This document shows, piece by piece, positions 18,601-26,938 of a stretch of 64,000 nt of DNA. The DNA comes from a virus (Duplodnaviria; Caudoviricetes), in the IMG/VR virus record IMGVR_UViG_3300022305_000835, positions 10,240-74,239 of that record. One strand, 5' to 3'. The position numbers and the translations under genes were made by a program. The notes below the pieces were generated by a model, which had not been told where the DNA came from, did no database searches, and was given only the letters and a program-made list of their open reading frames with translations. Numbering within the stretch: the stretch's first letter is position 1; every line of letters starts with the position of its first letter.

Positions 18601-20394
18601 AGGAGAAGTACCTAATGAATTAACTAACTCTTCTTTAGCAACATCTGTAATTACTGATTGTTTTAGTAGATCATGTTGAGTTGATAAGTTAGCTAGATTA
18701 GTTTTCTGGGTGTCAATATTACGTTGAATTTCTTCTTTTTGAGTATTAGAAAGCTTACTAGCAACATCATATTGTGCCTGTCTAAGAGGTAACATTTTTT
18801 CAGAGATCTCTTTAATTATTTCAGTAGTCTCTTTAGTGGTAGGAGCAGCAATATATCCAGCTAAGTAATTTTCAAGATTAGCAATCTTAACTTTTATTTC
18901 TTCTGGCTTTAATGCTAATTCTGATGCTTCTAGGGTATCTTTAGCTGCCTTTAGGATTTGTTCTGATTTAGTGTGGGCATCATCAACTACCTTTTCAGTA
19001 GTATTCATATCTGGATTTGTTGAATCTACATATTTATCTGCATTTTTAATTCGTTCTGCTAATGAGATTACCCCATCCACAGGGTTTTGTGTTGATTGTG
19101 GGCCTACATAATTAGATACATCACCTGTATTGATAACATGATCCATATGAGCTTGTCGTTGCTGTTCCTGTTCTTGAATAGTAGTTGGGTTTTGTTGATC
19201 TTCTTTAGTTGTTGAATATCTATTAACAACAGCATCTTTTGCTGCTACAGCAGTATCTTTAGCTCCATTCATAGATCTTACAGCCATGTGTGTTCCAGTA
19301 GCTTGTCCTAGGGATGATAATCCTTCTAATACTGCTGATTTAGGATCTGCTACTCCAGTAGCTGCATATTGACCTGCGTACTCACCTAAGCCTTCAGAAC
19401 CCATCTCTAAGCCAATACCAGTTGCTGCAGATTTAACTTTACCCAATAATGTTCGTGACGCTAATAAGTTAATATCAGAAGCAATCTCTTCTTTAATTGC
19501 TGGTTTAGCTAACACATCTGATACTAATTTAGGATTAAGTAGATCACTCGGTGCCATTCGTTTAGCTAATACATTTTCAGTTGCAGTCCGTAAAGGTGCA
19601 TTTAATAGTGCACCTCCTAAGCCAATAGTAGCTGTATCTACAGCACCAATTACTCCAGATTTAATAAAGTTTTCTTTTAACAATTCACCACGGTTATCTT
19701 CAAAGAATTTTTCTGATTGAGCTGGATTAAGTAGATCAATACCTTGTTTATCTGCTAATCCTTGGATTAATTCAGATTGTCCTGAAGACATATTACCTAA
19801 TGTAGCTCCTCCCCATAAACCAGCAGCTAAACCAACAGCCCCTAAGGGTGCTCCAATTGTAGCCCCTAATGCCATACCTGCCATAGGTGCAATAGAGTTA
19901 GGAATCTGTTTAACAATGCCCCCACCTAGAGCTTTAGCATCATCAATACCCGCACCTAAACCAGACATAAAATCAGGTGCCTCAGTAACATCGTTATAGA
20001 TAGTTTTAATTGTATCTACAATACCGTGTCCTGCAGCAGCAAAGGTATTTTTATTACCTTGAGCATCAACCCCATTATCATAGGCAGCACTAAGTCTATC
20101 TGATGCTACAGAGTTAGGGTTAGCAGTAGTATACTGAGCATCTGATTGTGCTTGCTCTGCAGATGCACGAGCATCCCCAGTGACAGCATTTATTGCCTGT
20201 TTAAACGAGGACGTGGCATTGTGGACACCCTGACTCCAGGCACTATCTGACATAGCAATTTGAGATTCTTGACGTGCTGCAGCCGCCTCAGGGCTAGCTT
20301 GATAAGACCTAAATGCGTCTAGTTTTGATTGAGATGCTGCAACAACTGCATACGCTTTTGCTGCAATAGAGTCTTGAGAAATAGGTGATGGCAT
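9685..20394 (-). CDS. virion-encapsidated RNA polymerase (N4 gp50-like)
   Basis: 3569 aa; motif A EADGKTNG, motif B REMVKEPILMLFFG, motif C INVFDAI, NPQADKFVR; no Cys seen on scanning, as for N4 vRNAP. Confidence 0.95.
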   Translation of the reverse strand: MPSPISQDSIAAKAYAVVAASQSKLDAFRSYQASPEAAAARQESQIAMSDSAWSQGVHNATSSFKQAINAVTGDARASAEQAQSDAQYTTANPNSVASDRLSAAYDNGVDAQGNKNTFAAAGHGIVDTIKTIYNDVTEAPDFMSGLGAGIDDAKALGGGIVKQIPNSIAPMAGMALGATIGAPLGAVGLAAGLWGGATLGNMSSGQSELIQGLADKQGIDLLNPAQSEKFFEDNRGELLKENFIKSGVIGAVDTATIGLGGALLNAPLRTATENVLAKRMAPSDLLNPKLVSDVLAKPAIKEEIASDINLLASRTLLGKVKSAATGIGLEMGSEGLGEYAGQYAATGVADPKSAVLEGLSSLGQATGTHMAVRSMNGAKDTAVAAKDAVVNRYSTTKEDQQNPTTIQEQEQQRQAHMDHVINTGDVSNYVGPQSTQNPVDGVISLAERIKNADKYVDSTNPDMNTTEKVVDDAHTKSEQILKAAKDTLEASELALKPEEIKVKIANLENYLAGYIAAPTTKETTEIIKEISEKMLPLRQAQYDVASKLSNTQKEEIQRNIDTQKTNLANLSTQHDLLKQSVITDVAKEELVNSLGTSPTAVPEIMRHAMKKRFDTKTLDLIDNLNTKAQEDLGSGYFTDQEVGTLRSLKLSMRNQTMDEVNDNIRTGMDKHWSMPAYYNAFTKAVETGNRETIDTLKPQLANWDKGLRAKNIAVQEAAAEYIAKVTKYLPTGVSYDDSTLHHTAKSTAEENVTPIVLARDATDNTKWERQEYNPNIDYKALGALVIYGKTLQKDKSTGLSLVDQISKDATDVAEFHAATTKMLTPSKSPTTPTQDNIQYDDSIDAQSANEESIVSNTSSEFTIQPAPTATESTVIDEGSNTSAPTQQIVEAPVVAATQTPSPTITEPVTPATLNTQKEAKPKSKDKLIPMDELNQRQQGELEALVQAQPADFEKQMAALEETHRIERENNQSAEITGLTLGNRRNENTTDLRQRNRTSDHVKQKFGTRLLNTVVDALKSITTPRHITEAAKIEDITETQIDSFNKFKEHLMPAIKGKLEEHLNRIGLKNVNGSIIHDVQIGSKRGSKKGLRNAKDLPRDYSLDIFHVDSSGMVTMDENTATAFTAAVYSEILGISSMHPTNKAINKVLGRGKDVVPNSLRNLFPYAVSTRDRTAHSIGKTITDLLGLEDSSLTTSRNHLNSLRSALGARAIAVMNDLGYIQESSMSEYDINIKTNKNYYKITTKALIDKDKEKIHRFISLKQSSMGLNTEPNSILQDSMDSGRFIVSFFDIQREADTVHTKPASYTPTSKVPEVLTPTLEAEAKTPYIVDSKAITIFRLFDRDNIESMAGIVPTSDPTNPNRVLLHSDLEKAAIAQNNSIKMHIDNFFGFLDGEVSLEAIQVYFLREMYKQQRNGIVNQIVNPQADKFVRWFITNESWKSEIKFTDINAIEQFDLAVATAFDLKTTKELYEKLNSPNSILQRAVNILVSSLDKGVNSDIPLEDQKIVVEAVQSVGTNMHAYSGLMALAQRQLAESRGEPSFVSTISAEADGKTNGVAITSFLFGTHNDTATLLEFAKKYGIYTKADGHTFFDDAKEALKFDDVYMTIARSVIETLTQQSKQNLTYKEYGENKTIEALTVRKALAAIQHFTTQLKTDEGGPSSIMREMVKEPILMLFFGSSIPTATAEAADVFLKEVKQFISKSYQDGLIDETSEKYSEKAKQNIIGYLNKLINFHDQTKTIPPNTSGLTLMGWKQLNKDVYIDQSIFTEDVNDAIMRTHTALVGDAIAGALTDTFDIFIEKAAEFNKAVQVNGEIFQLIREEMIKKETEKRVQMFLESGGIVGIPSQYSGSLEDTVGKKYQPLESISKEAIETVDALLLKAGIMPMLHSDMSSQNPNNIEAGIVLAKQQNKPSDDSNAKFEVITDPIQQMEGRDQFKEGKVGRFSPMVSKYESLGIGGVSRVTHSTEAAIMNLALTKMRANKIIAINVFDAIISGALTLQEATKYLNEAFFEVTARYSPIRELYNTTERMFIGLSSLDLNPDTLIAINKIITSKGYGNVSEIFTSLNTLATKADQIKLGALLQVGALNQYSLKGSEYVPTGEDRDKLQELLDNASKHPNISAPVKTALTTLGMSKEQSFLLDSILREDEKGNQQIDTSDVIIALRSVLQQGSQGLFKSSILARIEHLVSDVKIVLLNTEKDLKERGMNQTDVGQFESVGSNRTIYLVKPNLLSHTDLTTVLLHEFIHAALSKVVTLIETGNLTDARAVAAYNTLKALITRIQLTNKPAAAKYSEALKNVHEFIAYGLSDEEFQNEVLIHTPGIKKGVSIWDTVFQKFVNALTQMLGFKSAATAKGLGTLIRESVALIRIANEFHTEATSTNQTHSMKAKNYTTEDTYDALTGDNISSDFNKHLKGLLTTIVDRLHGPFGILHSQIKDNISATNSWKENITPLTNELVSSGLVVNDKQAFVMEQIYATVVKLNSDNEIHTFKPYGELSALYTSVFKTITVSDFLGSTFGTTTQAEAQSLYDLVFKTSNVSSKRSDYLARFVALGLTNPGINALLEQHTESTKSKETKTWAQKLQGFFEDILSYIHSWSDSSGSPIQSRVSGKRLEALVTQLVKLELKQVQVIKRNQKYQDSGMRTIEAGINKFTEKYVNKTVVDLVDSDSFQKIRFKMIKGMGALAKTAAGHKFESFLEHTLGVLHLADNGKLGLIAGLINNVKGQKELFELLLLATAHNDNIRKTLMTHVAKNMLLAFKNQGKNLTIPQKNAITAVLLKTNVHTLVSTYSLQDLHEMLTDSSKLEQHLVTEANQLTGVDPAVLAQFIENAHELGYYAATGKNTSEMLKTNIYQIINSFGEGNNRLTQTQLDKVEPIVSNLASLYALKYTTENDKQAVAGILQGENERPDEEGNGIEFVLKFHEHMANVEKEYIYDSNPALASFGSIHEIFNPRTKLIAANLKDSKVLIDAGYIQGDQIKRDPHDPDQSAKHYYILKYDTLGTYVSGAIQFGSDKKADDELIKGPIDIDSNEGRMNAAVHAKVNSDRAKTKPVRYSNKDHFRDMSKDPEVNYMAPIFDAGGQVLNWTYLMSENTKNNVLQRTNSFEKVLGTLAGSLQGKQNTVQQNEQVLTVLFDEYQSTPAYKLSEFILVGPNATDKESREQWARLPDKTKASARKIFGSDHIMVSKYSIDMILGYRKVSMADPIHRLNKERAFAAEAGKSTKMVDMKSVSEIQKIGIMFIEEMLELSAKARGKSPDEAKRYARRAAMLVTKAEGVWQEVVSDLKDKIVVVSGSVLVGNIFSNVSRLVLEGIPLKNIAHYSLVAFKGATQYLKDKEELDGLLLQVKLGYDSPAIQKQINILEDAIERNPTTKLIEVGLLPTIVEDLDADTEYEYKSLLNDHIDKLSKNIPEPALNALKTLMMSRESGAYKALAHVTQMSDFVARYTMYQFQTTKAEPMSHIDAVARANNAFVQYAMPMQRMMQYSDDMGFTLFTKYFLYIQREMARLYKEQPGRVLSMAIFDKFINLGPTFIESSFIDHIGNWPFRDGALEWLNLHDKLLTTKALAAVL

Positions 20395-20419
20395 AGTACG
20401 TCCTAGTTGTTAGATGGGG

Positions 20420-22111
20420 TTATCTCTTTGCTGCTGCTTGTCTGATGGTCTCATTAAAAATCTCTATAGGTGTAGATGCTCGTTTAGGAGCCTCTGCAGA
20501 AGCAGGGACAGAGGATCCCCTATTAGACACAGGTTTCATAATAAAATCTAGTGTTGTGTCTTCACCTCGTCTAGGGGATGAGGATCCCCTATTAGACACA
20601 GTTTCAGATACAGGTTTTGAATCTTTAGGTGCATCCCTATATGGCGTACCTGTAATATCTGGATCCTCTGCATCTTGAACTATTGGTAGAATACTCTGCC
20701 TAAATTTTTCCTTCTGTGCATCAGTCTTTACATCTTGTTTTACTTTAACCTGTTCTGGTAGATGGTTAATCTCATAGAGCTGTGCTGTTGTTTCGGCTGC
20801 TGCTGTTTTTTCCTCGGAAGATTTTTCTGTGGAGAGATAGTTCTCCATCTCTGCAGCCCCACCTCTATTCCTTACATAATCTTTTATCATTTCTTTATAA
20901 GAATCTACGCTTGTAGACATAAGCCAGTTAGGGTCTAAGTTACCTCTCAACGCTATTTCATTCATAGCCTCTTGAGATACGTGAGTTAGATCCATATTTA
21001 GTTCTTTACTTGCTTGATACTTTGCTTCTGCAAATGTATTAGAAAGATCCGCAATATTATCAACAGGAGTTTCTGCATTCTTATACACACTTCCCATACT
21101 GTCCTGATTAAACCTAGTTTCTTTAAGTGTTTTTTGTTCCTTTGCATATTGGGATGCTCGATCTGATAAAACACTATAAGTCTTTTGTGCTGCCTCTTCA
21201 GGTGCATTTTCAGCAACAGTTCTCTTATTAGTTGCTTCAGCATAATCTGCTTTAGTCTTAGCAGCACCAAGTTGCATAGTACCCTCGAGTCCTCCTATTT
21301 CAGCAAGTGGTTGTTGTGGTCCTGTTTTCCAGAAATCTACTACGTTCTTATTCATCTCGCCACGTAATAGGTTATCTGCCGTTATATCATCCTGTTTCTG
21401 GTATTCAGCACTTTGTTTCTGTCTAGTTTCAGCCCTGTGGGCTGCTTCAGTTGCTCCAGTGAGATCCTTCATATTCGTAGTACTTTGAATGATGGGGTCC
21501 AGCTTGCTGCTCTGTACAGCGTCTATTCCTGCTTTGGTATCAGTGGTTTTAGCTATAATGTTTGCATTATTAATTCTATTCCCTAAGTAGTGGTCTAGAT
21601 TGAATACATCATTAGCCTTGAATACCGTGGCAATCTTATCATTCAGTAGAGCTATCCGTTGATTTTCTGCAGCTGTAGCATCATACTGCTCTACATCATA
21701 CTTAGCTTTTTGCTGGGCAACGGGATCATTAATATTTGCTAGACTCTGTGTCTGATTTGATCCTTGGGTCTTTACAGTATTTCCAGCATTATTAGTCATA
21801 GCAGGTACAAGAGAATCATAGATACCCCCTGCTTTATCTTGATTGAACATACCTCCTGCCAATCCAGCAATTTGACCTCTTGCTTCTGCCAGTTGTTCTG
21901 GTGTACTTACCCCAGACATAATGGATTTAATAGCTGCAGTTTTTGCAGCATCAGCTTGATCCATATTAGCTTGATTAGCATCTGTAAGAGTCTTACCTGC
22001 ACCTTCAAAGCCTGCTGATGCACGATCTAATCCAGCTGAGGCTAATGCCATCCCTCTAAATACGGCATCATTAGAAGGTGCATTTACGTTTTGCCATGAT
22101 ATTTCAGCCAT
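20420..22111 (-). CDS. virion/ejected protein, N4 gp51-like
   Basis: MAEISWQNVNAP N-terminus, Ala/Gln-rich, position upstream of vRNAP. Confidence 0.7.
   Translation of the reverse strand: MAEISWQNVNAPSNDAVFRGMALASAGLDRASAGFEGAGKTLTDANQANMDQADAAKTAAIKSIMSGVSTPEQLAEARGQIAGLAGGMFNQDKAGGIYDSLVPAMTNNAGNTVKTQGSNQTQSLANINDPVAQQKAKYDVEQYDATAAENQRIALLNDKIATVFKANDVFNLDHYLGNRINNANIIAKTTDTKAGIDAVQSSKLDPIIQSTTNMKDLTGATEAAHRAETRQKQSAEYQKQDDITADNLLRGEMNKNVVDFWKTGPQQPLAEIGGLEGTMQLGAAKTKADYAEATNKRTVAENAPEEAAQKTYSVLSDRASQYAKEQKTLKETRFNQDSMGSVYKNAETPVDNIADLSNTFAEAKYQASKELNMDLTHVSQEAMNEIALRGNLDPNWLMSTSVDSYKEMIKDYVRNRGGAAEMENYLSTEKSSEEKTAAAETTAQLYEINHLPEQVKVKQDVKTDAQKEKFRQSILPIVQDAEDPDITGTPYRDAPKDSKPVSETVSNRGSSSPRRGEDTTLDFIMKPVSNRGSSVPASAEAPKRASTPIEIFNETIRQAAAKR
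20511..20601. repeat. two 22-bp direct repeats within CDS
   Basis: GAGGATCCCCTATTAGACACAG at 20511 and 20580 (period 69 nt = 23 aa, VSNRGSS twice). Confidence 0.85.
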
Positions 22112-22577
22112 GTTTATATCCTTCTAGTTTGAGAGCATTTTGTTTCATGTATTCTTCAGTTGATTGAACAGCCCCAGGATTATTATTACCATATGCCATA
22201 GCTACACGACCATCCTGCCTATCTCGTAATTGTGTATTAGTTAATCTTGCTTGGTTAGTGTAGTTATTCCAATATTGCTCTTTATTAGACGCTAGGGTAT
22301 CTTTAGCTAAACCATAGTTCTTCATGCCTAAGTATGCCTGCATACCTCCATTGATTGCTTGAAGTCCTCCTAGACCTAAAGCAATACCTTGACCCATAGC
22401 AGGAGATCCCCACCCTGTTCGTGGATTGCCTGCATTATTAAAATCCTCGGGGTAGTTACCTACGTTTGCTTGAGCATTTTGTTGTTCCCATGCGTTTGGG
22501 TCCACTGTGTTTTGGTCATATAGTTCGAATCTGCCGTTATTTGTTCTACCTGACCAAATATTTGGTTTAAATGTCAT
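22104..22577 (-). CDS. structural protein, N4 gp52-like
   Basis: QAYLGMKNYGLAKDTL...NNYTNQARLTNTQLRDRQDGR; synteny. Confidence 0.75.
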   Translation of the reverse strand: MTFKPNIWSGRTNNGRFELYDQNTVDPNAWEQQNAQANVGNYPEDFNNAGNPRTGWGSPAMGQGIALGLGGLQAINGGMQAYLGMKNYGLAKDTLASNKEQYWNNYTNQARLTNTQLRDRQDGRVAMAYGNNNPGAVQSTEEYMKQNALKLEGYKHG

Positions 22578-22580
22578 AAG

Positions 22581-25121
22581 TTACTCCTCTTTTGTGTTGT
22601 GAAGTGTTTCATTGAATGTTGGTAAGGTTAATAATATATCACAGAATTTAGTTAACATATCAAAGCAAACTACAGCTGGATTACCCTGGTGAATTACCCT
22701 ATCATAATAGTCACCAGGCTTTTCTCCCGGAATCGTAAATGGTTCAAGTATGATTGAGTTATTTTCTAAAAGGTCTTTAACCTTTTGGAGCTCTTTATCA
22801 TTCTCCTCAGCAAATTCTAAGAAGGATTTATACTCATCAGATACACCCTGTATCTTTCTTTGAAACTCATTAGCAGAAGCAGAAAGTAATCCTGTGGCTA
22901 TAGAGAGTATAAATATTGCAGGGGCCATTGTTGCACCTGCTACTCCAGCAAGCATATTTAAACCTTCAACACTTCCTACTGCAAGTGCTGCTACTGCTAC
23001 TACAATTGCTAAAATAAATGCTGCCTTTGGTCCAATTAACCTAGCAACTGCCTTTAATACAAAGTGCATTATTACCATAACAATTATTGCTTCAACAATA
23101 AATGCAACCACTAGTAATATTCCCAATACAATGGCCCCTGCTTTAAACGCTGTTAGAGCTAACCCTAATACATATGGAAGCGCTTCTGGAGCAAGCCATG
23201 CTACTAAACATATAATAACAATAATGATAATGATAATAAAAATCTTAAACATCCCTGTTGACCACCAAGGAATTTTTGTTTTTGTAATAATTTCAGTGTT
23301 GTAGATTAAGTGCTGTCCCCTACTATATAAGACCTCTTTCTTTGCTAAGGTGTACCTTTCAGAGATTCTTGTATCTATCGGAACTAATAAATGTGTCTCG
23401 ACTCCATCACCCGCATCATTGTGTCCTAAAGTAGACTCTCTATGGGTAGCTGATTTACCTGAACCAATAAAGTAAGTCATTTTTAATTTTTTTACTTTCA
23501 CATCTATAGCAGTAAAATCAGAGTTTAAGAATGTATATGTGTGTACGCCATTAGCATAGGACATGCTATATGTTTTAGCTGTCTTAGACCTTACAGGCTC
23601 ATATCTATGTGTAATGGTAATGCCATGATGCTGTAAGGATATTTTAAAGCGTTTATCTTGAATGATAATTGCATTATAATTTTCAGCCCCTAAATTAACT
23701 AAATTTGTAGACAAGGCTTGACGTACGTTCTCAGTCTTGTTATTTCCAACAGTTAAAAATACATCAGCATCAGATTTATTATTAGGATCTGTAGCCCATT
23801 GACTAAAAAATGCATGTAAGTATTGAATATCAATTTCATTCGTTGAATTAGCAGAGGTAGCCATTACCATTATGATACTTTTCATATCTTTTAATTTGGG
23901 ATTTACTTTCCTCTTTGTTTTTCCATTAACATCTTTAATGTCATAAGTTACATCCCTAGACAGTGTCTGTCCAAATGTTTTAGACATTGGATCTTTATCA
24001 ACATACCATTCCTTTTCACCCGTTTTTTCTGTTACATCCTCATTGTGAATTTGGTCACATAAAAAGTCATAATCTATGTTAGCTGTGTTTAATATCCGCT
24101 TTGTATCTTTGTATGCTTCAGTTGTTTTATCTATCGATTGATCAATCTTATCCCAGCGTAAATAAAAGAATGGGAATAATCCTCCTTCTACAGTAGACGC
24201 TTGTGGTTTAGTAAATATAGTTTCAGCTTTATCTCTATCTGATAACCAGTCTGCTTCCTTAGTTATAAATTTAACTACATTATTAACTGCATACTTAATT
24301 TGATAAAAATCAGTAATGTAATAAGAGTTAGTCTCTACATCTGTAAGAGGATCTATCCTACTTTCAATATCCGTCATATCAGGTGTAAGAGTAAAGTCTT
24401 TGAGTACAATACCTGGAACTGATGTAGGAGAGGTTACTGGATCAACTACTTGATTGTATGCATAGTAAACATGAAATGTAACTTTGTTTAATTTAGGAAT
24501 ATGATTGTTATAATCCACTTTAGTAGATTTATCTACATAGGATGTAGAGTCTCCCGCATACGCACGTGTTGGTGAGTATTCAGACTTTGTTGGTCTACCC
24601 CATGGATCAGTAATATTACTTAAGTAGGGAGATTCCTTCTCTTCAATATTTAATACAAGGTCATCTAAATAAACAGTCTGTTTTAATTGTGCGGATAGCT
24701 TACCTAATTTATTTGTAGTAGGGTCGTATTGGTGCTTTTGAATTAATTCTAACCAGGCTTGATGATATAGATTTAGAGGCATAAAGTATGAATACTCTAA
24801 TCGAATATCTGTTACCTCTACTTTTTCTGCTAAGGCAAGTGCAGCTATAACAGCAGTATCCCCATATTGCATTGCAAGGAATTGCCCCGTTGGAAGACCA
24901 TAGAAGTATTTCTTTTTAGCAGAGGTATACATAAAATTAGCTTTTCTACCTATGCTTTCCATATACCTATTCTCTAGTGTATCAGATAAACTCTGACCTT
25001 TTACAAGAGCTTCATATGTCCCATTTCGAGCAGTGTTTGGTACCTGATCATCAGGAATTAACCTCATAGCTTGCGTAGCTACAGTAATTGTTGTTTTTAT
25101 TTTACTTGTGAATAATCCCAT
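22581..25121 (-). CDS. structural protein with C-terminal transmembrane region, N4 gp53-like
   Basis: MGLFTSK start, YFYGLP, long hydrophobic segment near C-terminus; synteny. Confidence 0.75.
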   Translation of the reverse strand: MGLFTSKIKTTITVATQAMRLIPDDQVPNTARNGTYEALVKGQSLSDTLENRYMESIGRKANFMYTSAKKKYFYGLPTGQFLAMQYGDTAVIAALALAEKVEVTDIRLEYSYFMPLNLYHQAWLELIQKHQYDPTTNKLGKLSAQLKQTVYLDDLVLNIEEKESPYLSNITDPWGRPTKSEYSPTRAYAGDSTSYVDKSTKVDYNNHIPKLNKVTFHVYYAYNQVVDPVTSPTSVPGIVLKDFTLTPDMTDIESRIDPLTDVETNSYYITDFYQIKYAVNNVVKFITKEADWLSDRDKAETIFTKPQASTVEGGLFPFFYLRWDKIDQSIDKTTEAYKDTKRILNTANIDYDFLCDQIHNEDVTEKTGEKEWYVDKDPMSKTFGQTLSRDVTYDIKDVNGKTKRKVNPKLKDMKSIIMVMATSANSTNEIDIQYLHAFFSQWATDPNNKSDADVFLTVGNNKTENVRQALSTNLVNLGAENYNAIIIQDKRFKISLQHHGITITHRYEPVRSKTAKTYSMSYANGVHTYTFLNSDFTAIDVKVKKLKMTYFIGSGKSATHRESTLGHNDAGDGVETHLLVPIDTRISERYTLAKKEVLYSRGQHLIYNTEIITKTKIPWWSTGMFKIFIIIIIIVIICLVAWLAPEALPYVLGLALTAFKAGAIVLGILLVVAFIVEAIIVMVIMHFVLKAVARLIGPKAAFILAIVVAVAALAVGSVEGLNMLAGVAGATMAPAIFILSIATGLLSASANEFQRKIQGVSDEYKSFLEFAEENDKELQKVKDLLENNSIILEPFTIPGEKPGDYYDRVIHQGNPAVVCFDMLTKFCDILLTLPTFNETLHNTKEE

Positions 25122-25142
25122 ATATATATGTCCTAATAAATA

Positions 25143-25164
25143 AAAGGGAACCGAAGTTCCCTTT
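25143..25164 (-). terminator. intrinsic terminator (UUCG loop)
   Basis: AAAGGGAAC-CGAA-GTTCCCTTT; minus strand has cUUCGg loop and U tract. Confidence 0.75.
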
Positions 25165-25189
25165 ATTATACATCAGTTTGTATCTCGCT

Positions 25190-26917
25190 TTATGGAGTAG
25201 TAGCAGGTTTAGGAACTACAGCCACAAATTCAAGGCCTGATTTACCAGATGATTTCACAGGTGTTATTAGTGCATCTATAGCAGCATTTCTAGTTGCCAT
25301 TGAAACACCTGGCCCGACAGATGCACTTTCAGGATTGGCCATTAATTCAGTAGCCCAGGCATCCACAGCAATCTTAGCTGCCTTTTGTTCAGCATCGCGT
25401 TGAAAGCCATTAGTTTGTGCTACATATAGCCCTTTCTGTCTACCTATAACGGATGAGTCATCTGCAGCTTCTCCCACAGTCTGAGCAGATTCAGTTACTG
25501 TTTTCTGTTCTAATAATGCCTTTTCTGATGTTGTTTTGTTTTTAGTCTCAACAAGGACATCACGTTCTGCTTTCAGTTTACACTCTGTTGCTGTAATAAC
25601 AGCATTCTGTCTTTCAATAATACTACTTCTATCTATGGTATTAGCTACCAATTTCCCATCACAGTCATAAATACCAATACCCACAGTTTGTCTCTTCTCT
25701 GTATCCCCTTTATATCCTGTTAAGATTATTTCTTTATCAACCTGTAATTTTTGGGCATCAAGTAATGTTCCTTGTTTAACTAGCTTAGTCTCCTCAGTTA
25801 CTAGATTTGTTTCTTGTTGTGTAGTTAAAGAGGTCTGTGCTTCTATATGTAATCCTTGTTTAGAAATGTTATTAAATTCTTCTACAAGGTTTTCCGTTTG
25901 TTGATTAGTTTGCAATACTTGGCTATCCAGTAAGCTTGTTTGACTCTCGATGTGTACACCTTGTAAAGGAATATTATTAAGTTCCTCTAAAAGATTTAAT
26001 TCTTGTTGAGATATTAAAGAGGTCTGTGCTTCTATATGTGCTCCTTGCTTAGTAATATTATCTTTTTCTTCTACAAGGTTTTCCGTTTGTTGTTCAGTTT
26101 GCAATGTTTGTTTAGCTATTAAGGATGTTTGGCCTACAATTTGTAATCCTTGTATAGGAATATTTAAAGCTTCTGCATTTAAGTTAATTTTTTGTTGGGA
26201 TACTAACGCAGTTTGTGTATCTATTTGAAAGCCCTGCTTTATGATATTAAGTAGGTCTGCATTTAGATTTGCTGTTTGAGCTTCAGTCTGAAGTTTTTGA
26301 CTATATATAGCCAGCTCTTCTGCTTTTGTATTAGCCAGCTGTTGTACTACAACTTTAGTCTGTTCTACGGCCTGTAATGCTTGCTGACTAACCAAAGCTG
26401 TTTGTGCTGTGATTTGTATTCCCTGTTTAGGGATATTTAATGCTTCTTCAATTAGGTTTGCTTTTTGTTGTACCGCGATGCCTGCTTGAGCTGTAAGCAA
26501 TAAGACTTCTGCAGGAATCTTAACTAGATTAGCCTTAGAAATTTCTAACTCAGCCTTAGCAATATCTGCTTGGATAACTGCAAGAACGATCTGAGCATCT
26601 AATTGTCTAATAGTTGCCTCAGCTTTTCTTGCTTCAATCTCTGCTAATAGTACCTGTTGCTCAATCATTTGGGCTTCTAAGCTAACTTTGTCTTTTTGAA
26701 GCAAGAACTGCAAAGAGGTACTCATAACAGATTCTAGTGAGCCTAAATAAACAGTGGCATACTCAGCACCTTTAATACGGTTCTTAGTAAATTCAGCCTC
26801 TAAGTGAACCTTATTAGCTCGCATTAATACATCAAAAATGCCTGTACCTGTTAAGCTTGATGTGGTGAGATCACCAATTGTAATTGGTAGAATAGGTACT
26901 GCTGTTGTTGTTGCCAT
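25190..26917 (-). CDS. structural protein with expanded coiled-coil repeats, N4 gp54-like
   Basis: GTGIFDVLMRA...FTKNRIKGAEYATVY N-terminus, AQTNGFQRDAEQKAAK C-terminus; internal repeats. Confidence 0.75.
   Translation of the reverse strand: MATTTAVPILPITIGDLTTSSLTGTGIFDVLMRANKVHLEAEFTKNRIKGAEYATVYLGSLESVMSTSLQFLLQKDKVSLEAQMIEQQVLLAEIEARKAEATIRQLDAQIVLAVIQADIAKAELEISKANLVKIPAEVLLLTAQAGIAVQQKANLIEEALNIPKQGIQITAQTALVSQQALQAVEQTKVVVQQLANTKAEELAIYSQKLQTEAQTANLNADLLNIIKQGFQIDTQTALVSQQKINLNAEALNIPIQGLQIVGQTSLIAKQTLQTEQQTENLVEEKDNITKQGAHIEAQTSLISQQELNLLEELNNIPLQGVHIESQTSLLDSQVLQTNQQTENLVEEFNNISKQGLHIEAQTSLTTQQETNLVTEETKLVKQGTLLDAQKLQVDKEIILTGYKGDTEKRQTVGIGIYDCDGKLVANTIDRSSIIERQNAVITATECKLKAERDVLVETKNKTTSEKALLEQKTVTESAQTVGEAADDSSVIGRQKGLYVAQTNGFQRDAEQKAAKIAVDAWATELMANPESASVGPGVSMATRNAAIDALITPVKSSGKSGLEFVAVVPKPATTP
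25827..26089. repeat. 189-bp-period internal repeat in gp54-like gene
   Basis: AAAGAGGTCTGTGCTTCTATATGT at 25827 and 26016; TCTACAAGGTTTTCCGTTTG at 25881 and 26070. Confidence 0.85.
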
Positions 26918-26938
26918 GTTATCTAGGTCCCTTATTGA

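Noticed and set aside
20511-20601. Two 22-bp direct repeats with a 47-bp spacer resembling a mini CRISPR array
   Set aside because: Only two copies, inside a CDS, in-frame period (69 nt) encoding VSNRGSS twice; no cas genes; a coding duplication explains it
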